Of a DNA stretch of 64,000 nt, positions 13,011 through 26,644 are shown piece by piece. Positions within the stretch are counted from its first letter, which is position 1, and each line of letters starts with the position of its first letter. A program made the position numbers and the translations under genes. The stretch comes from Octopus bimaculoides (Eukaryota): positions 28,824,981-28,888,980 of the forward strand of contig NC_068984.1 of the NCBI RefSeq assembly GCF_001194135.2, read 5' to 3'. The notes beneath the pieces were generated by a model that did not search any database, had not been told where the DNA came from, and saw only the letters and a program-made list of their open reading frames with translations.

Positions 13011-15658
13011 ATCAATATATGCATAACTTACTTTTCATTAAGCAAAATGTCGATAGTAACTCAGACTTTGTTTTTAGTAAGCAAGGTATGTTAGATGAAA
13101 ATATTTAATACTTATCTATAAACCACTTGATTAACATATTCTTCTCAATGTTTGGTGCGTATATAGTACCTGAACAACTACACTCTGGTATGAAATCATG
13201 AATTCATAAAAGAAAGTAGAACTAAATCAAATCAAAAATTAGATGTACTAATCTTTACAGTGTATTGTTAACTGAATACTAATCTTTAAACAGCTGGTAC
13301 ATGTGAATACAAATAAAGCCATTGTTATTTTGGTATTTATTGATTACATAACATCAAGGCTTGTTGTTGTCTCTTTTAGAAATCTTATAGGAAAACAAAA
13401 TGCATTGCTGAATGTCATAGAAATACATTACATATAAGAATACATATGTTTGTTTGTATATGTAAAATATTATATAACAAATGCATTTCCATTTATGAAA
13501 CTTGAAACTCTAAGCTAAGTGCAAAAATCAAAGCTATGTATATATTATATCTTTTGGAGAAAATGTTCTTCCTAAAATCAACAATATAACTTATAAATTT
13601 GCAGTAATGTTCATCTATGCAGTTTGACTACATCAAACAAATATGCAATTTTACTATATAAACATACAGCTATGTAAACATTATAATACTACAATTAATA
13701 TCTAAACTCTTAATTCTTGAGAGGGTCATCAGTCCAATCCCTTAAGCACATAGCCAACATAAGGATTTCATCTTTGTGTTTCTTTTCATCCAACTGCTTT
13801 ACATATTTTGTGATAATATCTCTAATAAGAATTGATTAACAAAAAATAACTGCAGTCAATAAATACATTAATACAAATTCAATTTAGATGTCTTGGGATA
13901 TTATAAGACCAAGAGATAAATGTGTCAAAGGAATATTAGCTTGTTATCTATACAAGATCAATAAAATATGTTCTGATGCTACATAAGGTGAAGAAGATAA
14001 ATATCTTTAAAGATCCTCAAAGTTCAAGTAGATTTCATATGGAAGTATCATCATAATTATCATCATCATCATCTGCAGATCATAGACTATATCACTATAA
14101 AATATTCATTTCATTTCAAGAAACCACTGATAGTCATGATGGATACATTCAGAAAAATGGAAGTAAACTTAAGACTAATGCAATTATTTATACAGAAGTC
14201 ACTAAGCTGTGCCATTAGGTTAATCGTTTTGGATCACATTAACTTTATAAACACCACTGATAATAGTCTATGTGAAAATAGTAAGACCACAACAGATAAA
14301 TGATAACAAAGAAACAAAGATGTAGGTTAGAAGACATTAGTGGAGTAGAAAAAAAAAAACTGTAATAGCTGAATTTGCTACAAAGTGGAGAGTTTGTTTA
14401 TTCAGTCACTTAGAAAATGAAAAATATATAAGTGTTTAGTAAATAGTATAGTGAATGCAGAATGGAGTATATCAATGGTACATGTCATTCAAGGAAACTT
14501 AGATATAACAAGATCAAAAAAAGATTAGGTTAATACAGCTCGAGATTCAAATGCAAAGTAAAATGAATGCTGCAAAGTCAAAGTAACATTATTCTGGTAG
14601 GTTTAAAGTGATTCAAGTGAAGCATATCACTGTCTCTTCGACTTTGCAAAGATGCAAAACAAAGTGAATGCCAGTATGAAATGAACTTAGAAATTGTGGC
14701 ATCAGAAAATCATTATGTATAAACTCAATTTTTCAACACTGTATCATATAAATATTAAACCAGAGAACAGTGTTTCTCGTTTGTTTTTAAGAGTAAATAA
14801 ATGAGAAATGAATTTTGAAATTTGGGCAATAATTTGAAGTGATTTTATTCAGTGATAGATGCTGGTGAAGCATAAATTTGTTAAACAACCTAAGGAAGAA
14901 GAAAGTTGTCACATAAATTCACCATTATTATTTCACATGAGCATTTGTAAAACACAATTACTGTAGATTAAGCTCATTTGCTTCAAATATACCTCAATTA
15001 CTAATATTTTGATATTTCTTCTTTTTTTCATTTGTTACTGACTTATAATCATTTCATAAAATAAAGGTATGTTATATCCCTGTATACTCACAATGCCCCC
15101 ACCTCCACACAGATAGAATATATACATGTATGCATGTGTATAACGACTGTGACTGATGTGTGGGTATACCATTTGAGATTTTCATCATGAGATGTGATGT
15201 GGTGGCTGGTGTTAGACTTCCTGATGCAGCTTTTTATTTCCAATAAGAATTTATTATTTGTTTGGGGGATTTATGTTCAATACATGTGTTTGTTTGTCTT
15301 TGTTTAGTTTCTTAGTGAGATGTTGTATGAGATGCTGACATGCCAAGACTACCCACCTGATTTCTACTTGTCTTCTGAAATATACTGTTTAGATTTTCTT
15401 ATTTCATTTTGTTTATAAACTGCAGTACATATATAGGGGACCCAGGTATTATTAAATTCTGAAAAACTGAAACTGTCTTTTGATGGAAGTGAGTGATCAT
15501 CTCAAAAATTACACAAGCGATTTTTTTCTTTTGATCAGTGAAGTCCTAGTTTGTAGTGATAGATTTGGTAAGTATGGAGAAATATGTAGGTATGTTGATA
15601 TGGGTTGTTAAGGACATAATTAAAATTGAAATATCTGTTGTGTCATCATACACACACC

Positions 15659-15692
<34 letters not shown>

Positions 15693-16204
15693 CATATATA
15701 TATACATATATATATATATACACACACACACATCTGAAACCAGAATAAAACAGGAGAATTAGTTTATCTATTTATTGCCCAGGCAATTCTTATTCTAGCA
15801 GCTACGCTCTCAGAGCATCCACCTCCACTATAGACTTGGTTGTCTAGGTAGCAGAAGCTATCAACTACTTCTAGTTTTACCCCCTGCCATGTGATGGAAT
15901 CTGTACATCTTTGGTGTTTATTGTCCCTGTGCATCTACCACACACAAAAACGACCTTCCCAGCTAACCTATCCTGCTCTTGGATATACACTCTGTAAGTT
16001 ATTCAAATGAATATAATCCCCCTCCTCCCCAAAATAACAGATACTTAATTATGTCTAATACTTAATTGGAATTTGGATATACATGGATTGACATGGAGCT
16101 CTAAGCACTGGTTAATGATTATGCTTTCTCATTTGAAATAACAAATCTTATATACACATATATGTATATAAATGTATATGTATACACGTATACACAATAT
16201 ATAT

Positions 16205-16810
16205 TATCATCACCATCATCATCATGTTTTAATGTCCACTGTTCTACACTTGCATGGCTCAGATGAAATTTGTTAAGGTAGATTTTCCAAGTTCGGATGC
16301 TCTTCCTTTACCAACTCTCACCTGTTTCCAAGCAATGTAGTCCATCGAAACAACAGACAGGGCAGGCATAGTTATGCAGTAAGCTGAAATGAAAAACACT
16401 CTTTGAATGAGCTCACGCAATATGTCAAGACATGTCAAGAAGCTTGGACATGCTATCTGCTTTTGATTGTAAGGAAAAGACACCACCAATATTGTTGTTT
16501 ACAATCAGAAAAACACACGTGAAAATGAGTGGAAATACACAGCGAAATTTGTCAAGGTAGATCTTCTAAAGTCAGATGTTCTTTCTTTACCAACTCTCAC
16601 CAGTTTCTATGCATATACACATCACCATCATCATTTGAATGTTAATCTTTTCCCATTTGCATGGGTTACATGAAATTTTTTAATGCAGATTTCCCATTGC
16701 CTACTCTCACCTGTTTCCATACAAGGTAATATTTCTCCATGTACAGACATGTATGTATATATGGAAGAGTAGAAATGAATGACACTGCTTATACAACATT
16801 GAAGCTCCTT
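16205..16810 (-). mobile_element. Cluster of three short SINE/RTE-tail fragments
   Basis: Repeated catcatcat...gcatgg...agatttt...gatg.tctt.ctttaccaactctcacc.gtttc at about 16215, 16550 and 16625. Confidence 0.65.
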
Positions 16811-16894
16811 TACAATCACCACACAATATCAAGACAGTGAGTCACAAACTGACACTTACAACCTCCATACATAACCATACATATACAAGGCTTT

Positions 16895-17030
16895 TTTTTT
16901 TTCAGTTTCTATCTATCAAATTCACTCACAAGGCTTTTCATTCAGGCCAAGGCTATAGCAGCAGGCACTTGAACAAGGAATGATACAGTGGGATTGAACA
17001 AAGTACCAAGTTCACACAGCCATGCCTTTA
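16895..17030 (-). mobile_element. Decayed tRNA-derived SINE fragment (related head at 28900-28975)
   Basis: ttcagtttctatctatcaaattcactcacaaggcttt...ggctatagcagcaggcacttgaacaagg...cagtgggattgaac is recognisable as an abundant SINE in reverse orientation. Confidence 0.6.
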
Positions 17031-18644
17031 GATATACTGCAAACTTTTACAGCCTCTCTTTACTAATTTCATTGAAAGTGTATTGGCTGACTTACAGCAC
17101 TAGTACAGAATGCCAGCTGACAACATTTATGCAATGGGAAGGCACCCCTTATCATGTTTCTGAAACAAACTTCTTTACCATACAAAGTATTGAGGTTGGG
17201 TGGACAAATGAATGGACAGACAGATAAATAAACACTCAGATAAAAGTTGGGTAGATAGACAGTGCAATAGAAAGATAAAAATTTTAGTGTATGAAGATAT
17301 AAAATTTATCAAGTAAAATTACTGAGTTTATTATACAAACAATGATAGAAGCAGCATTATAATCTGGTTTACATGTAAAATGTGACCCTGGGCACATTTC
17401 TCTTGTCATTATCAATAATGTGTGTGTGTGCGTGTGCGTGTGTGCGTGTGTGTGTGTGTGTGTGTGGAGCTTGTGATCACCAACTCACACATATTTCTTA
17501 CACAACTATGCATTTATATTCTTCACATGAGTTAAAATCTTTCTTCTGCTCTCTCCCTCTCTCTTTGTCTTTACCCTTCTTTCTCTTACAATGTTTGGTC
17601 GTCTTTCTCTCTGCTTCATTGTCTTTCTGATCTTCCCTCTTTTCCTCCTCTTCCAAGCCTTGCAATCTTTCCCTATCTACCTATCTATTTATCTAACTCT
17701 GTCTTTCTCTCAATTTCTCTAATTCCCTACTCCACCCACTTCCTTTCTCAAAATGTAATTCTTCCTCATTTCCCATTTCTTGTCTGTTTTCATCTTTTTG
17801 AACTGGGTTTTCTTCTAGAGCACATTATTTTCTGTATCACTATCCACTATCTCACTTCCTTTTCTGTTCAATGGCTATTGTTTGAACAACTATGCAATTT
17901 CTTACTTTTTGGATGGATGAATGGATGGATGGATGGATGGATGTGTGGATAGATGGATGAATAAACAGAGAAACAAATAAAAAAAGTCATAGAGACGCTA
18001 AATAGGAGAAGATGTAAAAGTCAGAGTGAAATAGCATCAATATTTTACTGGAAGAAGAATAAAGTATAATAATAGGTCTGCTCTGTACACTACAAGAAGA
18101 CAGCGCATGAGAAATTTTCCAACATTACAGTGAATATTGAAACCTAAAATCAATACCAACATCCTAATTACAGATGTGTCAAGGGAAATATTAAAAAAAA
18201 AATACAAAATTCAACAGCAAAAATAAAGACAACTTTACAATTTAAATAGGTAAATATAGAGTATTATGCAGTTAAACTACTTATTTTTAGTTTTATTTCA
18301 TCATTGCAACGTAAGTGTGTGAGGTAGTTTATTTGGGAAACTTACTGAACTATAAATTGGTTTGCTAAAGTATCTTTAATACATGTGGATAGACGAGAAG
18401 ATATAGTTGGTGAGACAATACAGGTGAACTGAAAGATAAATCTAAAAGAGATGAAGAGGAATATAACAGATAAAGATAGAAGCTGTGCACATGCACGTGC
18501 ATGTGCACACATACATATTCAAATGCTACTGTTAGTCAACAAATGACAAATACTCAATACATGTTACAGAGTATATTGTTTCTTTAGCCTGAAGCCCTTT
18601 GCAGGTAATTCAAGTTTCTTACAACTACAATCTTCAGGTAAGAA

Positions 18645-19410
18645 TCATCATCATCATCATTTAATGTCAGTTTGCCACACTGGCATGTGGTCGATAGTTT
18701 GGCAGGAGATGGTAAATCACAAGACTGTGCCAAGTTTTACTGTTTGCTTTCAGCATGGTTTCTGAGGCTAAAAGCCCGTTCTAATGTCAACCATGTTACA
18801 GAGTGTACTAATTGCTTTTTATGTAGCACCTGCAACTTTGATGTCAACAAGTAATTTGCAAGACAACACTCCTCAACTGAGGTGGCTTTGTGCTAGGTGA
18901 TGAGGGTCTAGAAAATGAATAGAGGAACAAAAATAGGTGTCTTGCAGTAAAAGAGATACATGGCTACTGAAAATGGAGAGAGAGAAGACGGTGATGGGGA
19001 GGGTACACTCAAGTTACAAAAAAGGTGTGTATTAGTGGAACCAAGGATTGGTTAGTGTGAGTGGGTGGGTAAGTTCACAAGATTGTGGAAGAGAAATGGG
19101 AGTTGGGAGGGAAGGAAGGAATGTAGTGAGTGGACATAAATAGGTGTTTGTGTTAGGAGGGTATATTGTGAAGAAGAGACAAAGCAGGGAGGTTTGTGAA
19201 GGTGTGAAAAAAAACAGAGAGATAGAGGGAAGAGGAATATAGTGAATGATGAATCTGAGTGGAGGAATAAGGGCGGTGTTAGGAAGCTGGGTTGTGGGGG
19301 GAAAGGTTTGTCAAGGATAGATTTTGTGCAGGGGCCTGGACATAAATGACATATCTTTATGGCTTCAATTTTCTTAGCTGAATGGGTCTTCTCAAGCAAA
19401 TTGCCAAACA
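18645..19410 (-). mobile_element. RTE LINE 3' end (UTR and tail only)
   Basis: (CAT)n tail at about 18645-18660. Same tail sequence and G/A-rich UTR as the 11.2-12.2 kb copy. Ends at gggtcttctcaagca, the reverse complement of the ORF-terminal LEKT region. Confidence 0.7.
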
Positions 19411-20585
19411 TAGCAGTCCATTATCAACTTGTCAAACATCAAAAGTGATTTCAAATACGTTGATTGCAATTTTTATTGGCTGCATTTTTTTAATGTTGTT
19501 TTAATACATCATTGTTTGTAGTTGTGATTTCATTTGCCAATTCATTGGTAGTTGTTGTCACCAGTCAGCTTCACACTTGTATATTAATTTTAATGTTTCT
19601 GTCAAAGCATTTTGAGGATTTAAGGAAAAATAATATAAAAATATAAAGTGAGCAATAATAAACAGCCACCCTTATGCAGATGTTTCTGAATCATGCTCCC
19701 TGTAGACAACAGAGGAATATTATATAATTATCAATAAAAGTTATGCTTATTCAAAGAAACAATGAGGTTATATCATATTGCTGACACAAGAATAAATTCA
19801 CTTTAAGAAATGATTTTAAATGCAAACAGGGTAAACACCAGAGGATGCAAAACTGAAGAAATAGTTGTGGAGACACAACACTGCCAACACCATTGAAATA
19901 ACAAAATAATCCAAAAGAAAGAATGATATTTAGAGACATCAAATTTATAACAAGCATATTCTAAAACATCTTTAAAAACTTCAAACCTAATTAACAGTTT
20001 CAGAGAGAGAATAAGAACTTTTACCAAAGCAGTATATTAATGATACAATCAGTAGGAAGATACAAAACAACTACTGAACCAACCAATGGATAAGTAATAA
20101 ATAGATTTAAAAGGTTTAGGAAAATACAATGCAATTATGTAATATAAATGTTGAGAAAGAAAGAAAACTGAATGAGCCAATGGTAAACAATATAATAACT
20201 TCAGAACACCTGGGTATGAAAAACAATATAGAGATAAACAAGGGTGACACTGATCAATGACAAATACAACCCAATGAACCTGAATGAAAGGACAACACCC
20301 TTTAAGAACCCCATAAGAAAGCAAAATTAGAAAAAAGTAAATGAATATGATAGGTTCAGGCAAAAGAATGAACTACCGGTAGAGAATTATGAAAAGATCC
20401 AGAATATATACAAAAGGATTAAGGATATGTCAGCTTTGTACAATGGAGAAGCAGATATATTGGATAAGTTGAAGAACGTTGGCAACTGTTTTTTTTATTA
20501 CTTTCCCACAGGTTGTCATATATGAGCCAATCAACTGGAAAATCTTACTTACACCAGCATAATACTTGCCTAAGACAACCCTTAC

Positions 20586-20610
20586 CCACGTGTATACTGA
20601 GCATTCTCCA
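20586..20610 (-). CDS. Candidate 25-nt micro-exon, phase 1-2 ((V)ENAQYTRG)
   Basis: Acceptor tgtgtgtatttatttctag, donor GTGG|gtaagg. In phase with the preceding candidate. Confidence 0.38.
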
Positions 20611-21201
20611 CTAGAAATAAATACACACATAACACACATTGAAGATACACTCAGAATGATTTTAACATTTCCAAATCAGTCATCACAAAAATGAAGAATG
20701 ACAAAAAAATAGAAAAAGGGAGAGAAACAACAAATTCTCTACTTGACAGACATAAGTACAAAAGCAATATAAACATGGCAATTCCTAGAAATTTACATGA
20801 AAAATTTAATAATTATAACTCAACTGAGAAATAGGCAAATTATTCCCTGCTACCACTATTTCTTCCTATTTGTTATCCTTCCATGTTTTTTTTCACAAGT
20901 ATATATACTTGTTGTACCCATCAAAATAGAAAGAGGTAAGTCTACATTTCAGATGAAGTGCGGATAGGCACACAGCCATGAAACTTAAGTTGTGTGTTTG
21001 TGCACACACATGTGCATGTGTGTACATATAATACACACAAACATTGGATTAGTTAAGTTTCAAATATCAAAGTAGGGAGCACTCAATATAATGAGTATTA
21101 TTTTTTTACAATTATAGAACACTTGTCAATCCATGTTAACATTTGTTTCAAAACTATTTGTATGCTAAAGTATATATCTAAAGACAATGACTCACTCTCA
21201 C

Positions 21202-21225
21202 CATCAAGGTGTTTTGTCAATGTTC
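21202..21225 (-). CDS. Candidate 24-nt micro-exon, phase 1-1 ((G)TLTKHLD)
   Basis: Acceptor tgtgtgttttcacag, donor GATG|gtgaga. Only one frame is open, and it is in phase with the 24112-24141 candidate. Confidence 0.4.
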
Positions 21226-21333
21226 CTGTGAAAACACACATATGTGAAGAGAAATACCCAACTTAGAGCATTCTTGAAATTGATAATAACATTGATTTAC
21301 AAGAGTTCCATAATTATTACAGATATACATACA

Positions 21334-21369
<36 letters not shown>

Positions 21370-22567
21370 AATGCACATACTCACCATATAAATACAGAGA
21401 CACACTAATACTTGTATACATAAATACAATTATCTATGGATGCACACACCTAACTATATAAATATATACATACACTCACACACATATACATATACACATG
21501 TATGCAAGTATATGTAGATGTGTATATGTACACACACACTCATACAAGCCCATGTATATATGCTTTTACTGATTCAGTTATTGGACTACAGCCATAAACA
21601 CATACTGATTGGTTGATTAAGCAATTGATGTCAGTGATTATATACTATAAATATGACAAGTTTGTTAGTATATTACCGTTATTTAATTAAACGTCTGTGT
21701 CCATTTAAAGAATTATTCAGGACAGGAGTAATCTATATTTTGCCAGGTCAATTCATTAAAAAGAGAATGCAATTTTAACAAAATGGGGTAATATATTCTT
21801 CTATAGGATTACCGCACAGACTTAAGACCAAATAAATTCTTACACTCTCTTTGTCTCTCACAGACAGTAAAATTGAATAATTAAGACCAGAGAATCATAA
21901 ATATGGAAACTACTTCAAAAGAGAGTTTTCAAAGACATATGCTTTGGGTAACATAATATTTTCTGGAAATATCCTCACACAGATGTAATAAACTGAGATT
22001 TTCTTAAAAGAATTATTAACTTGACAAAATGAAAAGATTTGACAAGAGAAATTACACTTTGTTTTTGGTTGTGTGAGTGAATTATTCAAAAGATATATAT
22101 TTTTATATACATGAGAAGTTATGTTTAAACTGAAGAAGAGTGTACTTTAATTTTGGTTTTACTGGGGGAATATTACACTCTGTATCAAAGTCTGAAAGCT
22201 GTTAAATTTGCTCTTCTAAGGTTTGTGGCCAATTTGTAATAAAGCCATGTATCATAATACAAAATATTTATGCACAACACAGGATAAATCAGAATTACTA
22301 CAGTAATTTTAGAAATCGTAAGCCTTATAGCATATCAATAAGTACATGAACATACTCATTCTATACTATTGAAATATGAAAAAAAAACAAAAAAAAAACA
22401 CAAAAAAACTAAAGTGGATTTCCAAATGCACAATACAGCATAAATCAAAAGAATTTTTTTAATATTATATAAAAAATAAGCTTCATTGTTTGTTAAATCA
22501 GAATAAAAATATAAGCACATTCGTTTGATACTATTAGCATGGAAAAAAAAATGAAGTTTCCTAACAG

Positions 22568-22643
22568 ACTATTTCACAATTTGTTGATCTTTCCTCAGAG
22601 GATGTACCCATCTTTTCCCAATCAAATGGAATAATTAAGATTG
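22568..22643 (+). CDS. Candidate 76-nt exon, phase 0-1 (TISQFVDLSSEDVPIFSQSNGIIKI)
   Basis: Acceptor gtttcctaacag, donor ATTG|gtgagt, open frame. A diverged copy 575 bp downstream differs mostly at third codon positions. Confidence 0.4.
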
Positions 22644-24111
22644 GTGAGTCTTAAATATTGAAACCACTTAAAAATAAAAGCTTTCTATTCCTATAAACAC
22701 AGTTTTGAGAGATAAATATTTTGGCCAATATAATACTTGTCTATAGTTAAATACACTAAACGTAAGAATGTGAAATTTTCAAAAAATATTTACCAAGTTT
22801 ATGAAAGCAGAAAAGTTAACTGTTGAAACTGAAGTGGGTTGTCTGTCTAGAGAATTATTCAAATAAAGATATATATTCCTCCAATATGTAAATATTTGAC
22901 ATACAAGAAGGGTATGATTTAACTTTGGTTTTGCTGAAGAAGTATCAGACTCAACATCAAAATCTAGAAGTTTTATCTGCATTTCAAGAACTCATGTCCA
23001 ATAGTGATTATGATCATGTAGCATAGTATGAAATATTTATGCCCAACACAATATAAATCAGAACTGGGGTAATTTTAGATATTATAAAACCTATTCACTC
23101 AACAGTACTGAAATGGGGAAAATGAGGGGAGTCTTTTGCCAAAATATTTCATTGTTTGTTGACCACTCCTCAGAAAACATACCTATTTTCCTTCCTCAAC
23201 GACAAGCAAGAAATAACTGCTTTTAAGTAGTTACAAATTGCTGTAGTACATTAGTGCATAGCTTAATTTGCACACTTGTGTTTTTGACAGCTCATCATTA
23301 ATGTGTTTACATTCATTTTCTTACTTAACTTACAGTGAGACTTTGAAATATTAAAATTTACTTCAATTCTTCTGATTATGTTGTGCTGTGCATAAATAGC
23401 TAATGACAAACTACAAAAAAAAAAAAAATACACAAAAGTGCAAATTGCACTATCCAGTCATGTTCTCACCTAATAAATGACTACTTTATAAGCAGCTGAT
23501 CTATACAACTTAAGAGTTGACTTTAAGCTTAACCACAACTGAACAGAACTACCATACTTAAAATATGTGAAAGTTTTAAAATAATGTTGGATATTCTAAA
23601 AACTATTAATTCAAGCTGTCTAAAATTCAAGCTGGAAAATGTTACATAAAAATAACACAATGAGTAGCTCATTCATTATATCACCCATTAGAGTTAATAT
23701 CAGTATATTCATCACAGAACACATCTCCAAAGTGAAATATGTATCTTAAAATATTATGGACTGATCATTGCTATTATGGAAATAGTTATCAAACTTTACT
23801 TTGCTTTTGTATCTGGTTTGCAAGCTTCTTTATGTGAATATGTGTGTTGAAACAATTTTTTTGTGGTTAGAAAGAGTCATTATGCCAATATTATTAACAC
23901 ATGCACTGGTTCAAGGACAAATAGTAAAGGAGCAGAATTGAACCAGTGTGTGTGTTAACAATATTGCATAATGACTCTCTTGAGACAACAAATTTATCAG
24001 AATTTATACTGAGGATATGGTTTCAGTTTCAGGCTTTACACTTATATTGTTGCTTAGTCAATTCTTAGCAGAAAATTTAATATGGAAATAATTGCAAAAA
24101 TATATCCTTAC

Positions 24112-24141
24112 CATTAAAGCTATCAGAAATCACAAATCCGT
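24112..24141 (-). CDS. Candidate 30-nt micro-exon, phase 1-1 ((D)GFVISDSFN)
   Basis: Acceptor tttatttttgtcttttacag, donor AATG|gtaagg. Only one frame is open. Confidence 0.42.
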
Positions 24142-24929
24142 CTGTAAAAGACAAAAATAAATATCGTTAAAAACATTATCTATGTTACATTACATATTAA
24201 TTTTAAAACAAGTAGTAAGAATAATTTTTTTCTTAATTTTTATGGGTTGGGAAGGCAGGCATCATTGCCTCTCTTCTGTTGTTATTTTCTAGTTTGTATC
24301 AGTTTTTTATTTTCATTTCTTCAATAAACTAAGTCTTGCATTATTGTGCATGATGGATTGTTATCTCCCCCCGCTTTTTTTTTTTAGACAGCAAAGAACT
24401 GGTATGTTAGCATTAAAGTAGGATAGGTAGATGTTAAATAACTTTAACAAATTTGAGCAAGTCAAACTTACATAAGTAAGATATAAGTAGTAGTGAACCC
24501 AAAACATATGATTATATAATTTAAGCCTATCTGGTCTAGCACCAACAGGAATGTGATTGTTGTTAGATCACAAATCATTCAAGCAATCAGAAAGACCAAC
24601 GAGATCCAAATAGTGACAAACCTATCATTGATGCAAAAAGCAGTAAATTTTTATCCTTTCACCCGCATGATTTTCACTAATAAAAGAAAAAGCTCAGATT
24701 TTTTGGCGTGGAATCAAGTACCCTGATCTCCTAATATGCTGCAAACTCCTTATTTTTGTTCAAAAAAGGGGGAGGGGCCCCCATATCCAGGAATCATTGG
24801 GATCTTTTTTTTTCCCCTTTGGCTGAATTCCAGTGACCTCCTAATATGCTACAAAACTCCTTTGGGGAATCTGGAAAATGAAGTGGGGTGGGCAAGAAAG
24901 GCCCCATCATCGCAAATACTGTGTGAAAC

Positions 24930-25775
24930 TAAAGAGAAAAGAAATAGACAAAGTAAAATCCCAACAATGGCTGAGAAGCTCAGGACTCAAAGCAGAGACT
25001 GAAGGATTTTTAATTGCAGCATGAGATCAAAACCTTACCACCAGAAATTACCAAAAACATGTACTGAAAAGAAATATGAGTAACTGCAGAATATGTGCAG
25101 ACGGAGAAGAAACAGTAAATCACATTGTCTCTAGCTGCCTAGTCCTGGCTAAGAAGGGATATATTCACAGACATGACATAGTTGGGACCCATATACGTGG
25201 GAAGGTATGCCAACACTATGGAAAAAACCACAGAAAAACGATGGTAAAGGCACATGCCAGAAAAAGTCACAGAAAATGAGAAAGCAACCATACTCTGGGA
25301 TATGCCAATACACATAGATAGAGAAATTAAGGCTAATATGCTAGACATAGTTATCAGAGATCATCAAGCAAAAAAAAAAATGTTTTCTAATCGAAGTATC
25401 AATACCAACAGATGACAATGTTTCTCTAAAAGAAATGGGCAAACTTTCAAAATACAAAGATCTGGAAATAGAGGTAACTTGAATGTCGAGTCTAAAAAAC
25501 ATAAACAATTCTTATCATAGTAGGTGCATTAGGTATGATAAAAAAATATATTCAAATACATAGTAAAAACACCAGGATTAACGAGTATACATGACATACA
25601 GAAAATAGCACTACTAGGCACTGCACACATCCTACATAACACACTTTCAATACAGTAAAAATAAGAGCATTACAACAAACCACAGCACATACCCATGTCA
25701 CACAGAGCTGCGCTCAATAGTGCAGTGAAAGCACACAATAAAAATAAGAATACTGAATGATAATAATAATAAACA
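24930..25775 (+). mobile_element. R4/Dong-clade non-LTR retrotransposon, 5'-truncated 3' end (CCHC knuckle + restriction-like endonuclease + 3'UTR)
   Basis: Reads QQWLRSSGLKAETEGFLIAA*DQNLTTRNYQKH...CRICADGEETVNHIVSSC...YIHRHD...ILWDMPIH...DIVIRD...LSKYKDLEIEV...IVGALG...LLGTAHIL, then the UTR and a TAA-repeat end near 25760-25772. Confidence 0.92.
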
Positions 25776-26588
25776 GCTAAATACAGTAGATGCAAGAATC
25801 AATATATATGAAATAGGGACAATCTCTGTTAAAAGGAAATGTTACTAGCCTTCATTTATGTCCTGAACCTATTGAAAGGATGGCAAGTTTTTATTATCTA
25901 TTTTAATAGTATATAAACAGTTACAGATCAAAGGAAGCATAGTTATTTCACAGGTTCTTTTACGGTAAAACAAATATTTTCATACAGCTAAATCAGTATG
26001 TTGCATGGCAGTACATGTCATGATATTCCTTTCTAAACAAATATTTGGAATCATCTAATTGACTATTCATTTGTTTTCATCTGGGGATTTATTTAAGGTT
26101 ACTGCTTCAGCTAAGTGTTGTTCATGAAGGGCATAACAAGAATAAAAAGAAGCCATACACCAATTACAATATCATGCCCTAATACACTTTCACACTCAAG
26201 GGACAGATTTCCTAAGTAAATATAAGAAAAGGATATTAAATGAAAAAGAACAAGACATTACAAATATTCTATGAAGAGGGAAAATAAAACATCAATCCAA
26301 GAAGGAATATTTCCCCAAATATATTTTATATTTAGAAAGTATTTGTGTGTTATTTTTTCAATGCATATTTTTACTGATACAGAAGAAAATAATTCATCCA
26401 TTTTATAAGAATAATAGATATAGATATAAATTTCTTTTCCAAACGTAATATAGTTGTATTGCCTAAAAACATGTCAGACCATTTGTGTTAACCACATACA
26501 ACCTTTGCAGATTATATTAAATCTTCTAAATTTACAGCAAGGTTGAAGCGTAACACTTCAAATCTCAATCATTTATTAAATAGTTTTC

Positions 26589-26644
26589 TTTAAACAAGGT
26601 TAGTGCTAAGATCAGCTTTAAACAAGGTTACAGCTAAGATCAGC
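26589..26644. repeat. 28-bp tandem duplication
   Basis: tttaaacaaggtta(gt/ca)gctaagatcagc x2. Confidence 0.9.

Noticed and set aside
23334-23410. 77-nt minus-strand exon candidate with very strong splice signals (LSLAIYAQHNIIRRIEVNFNISKSH)
   Set aside because: Its only open frame starts in phase 2, which is incompatible with the neighbouring phase-1 candidate, and the acceptor is simply a poly-T run. It is left unresolved.
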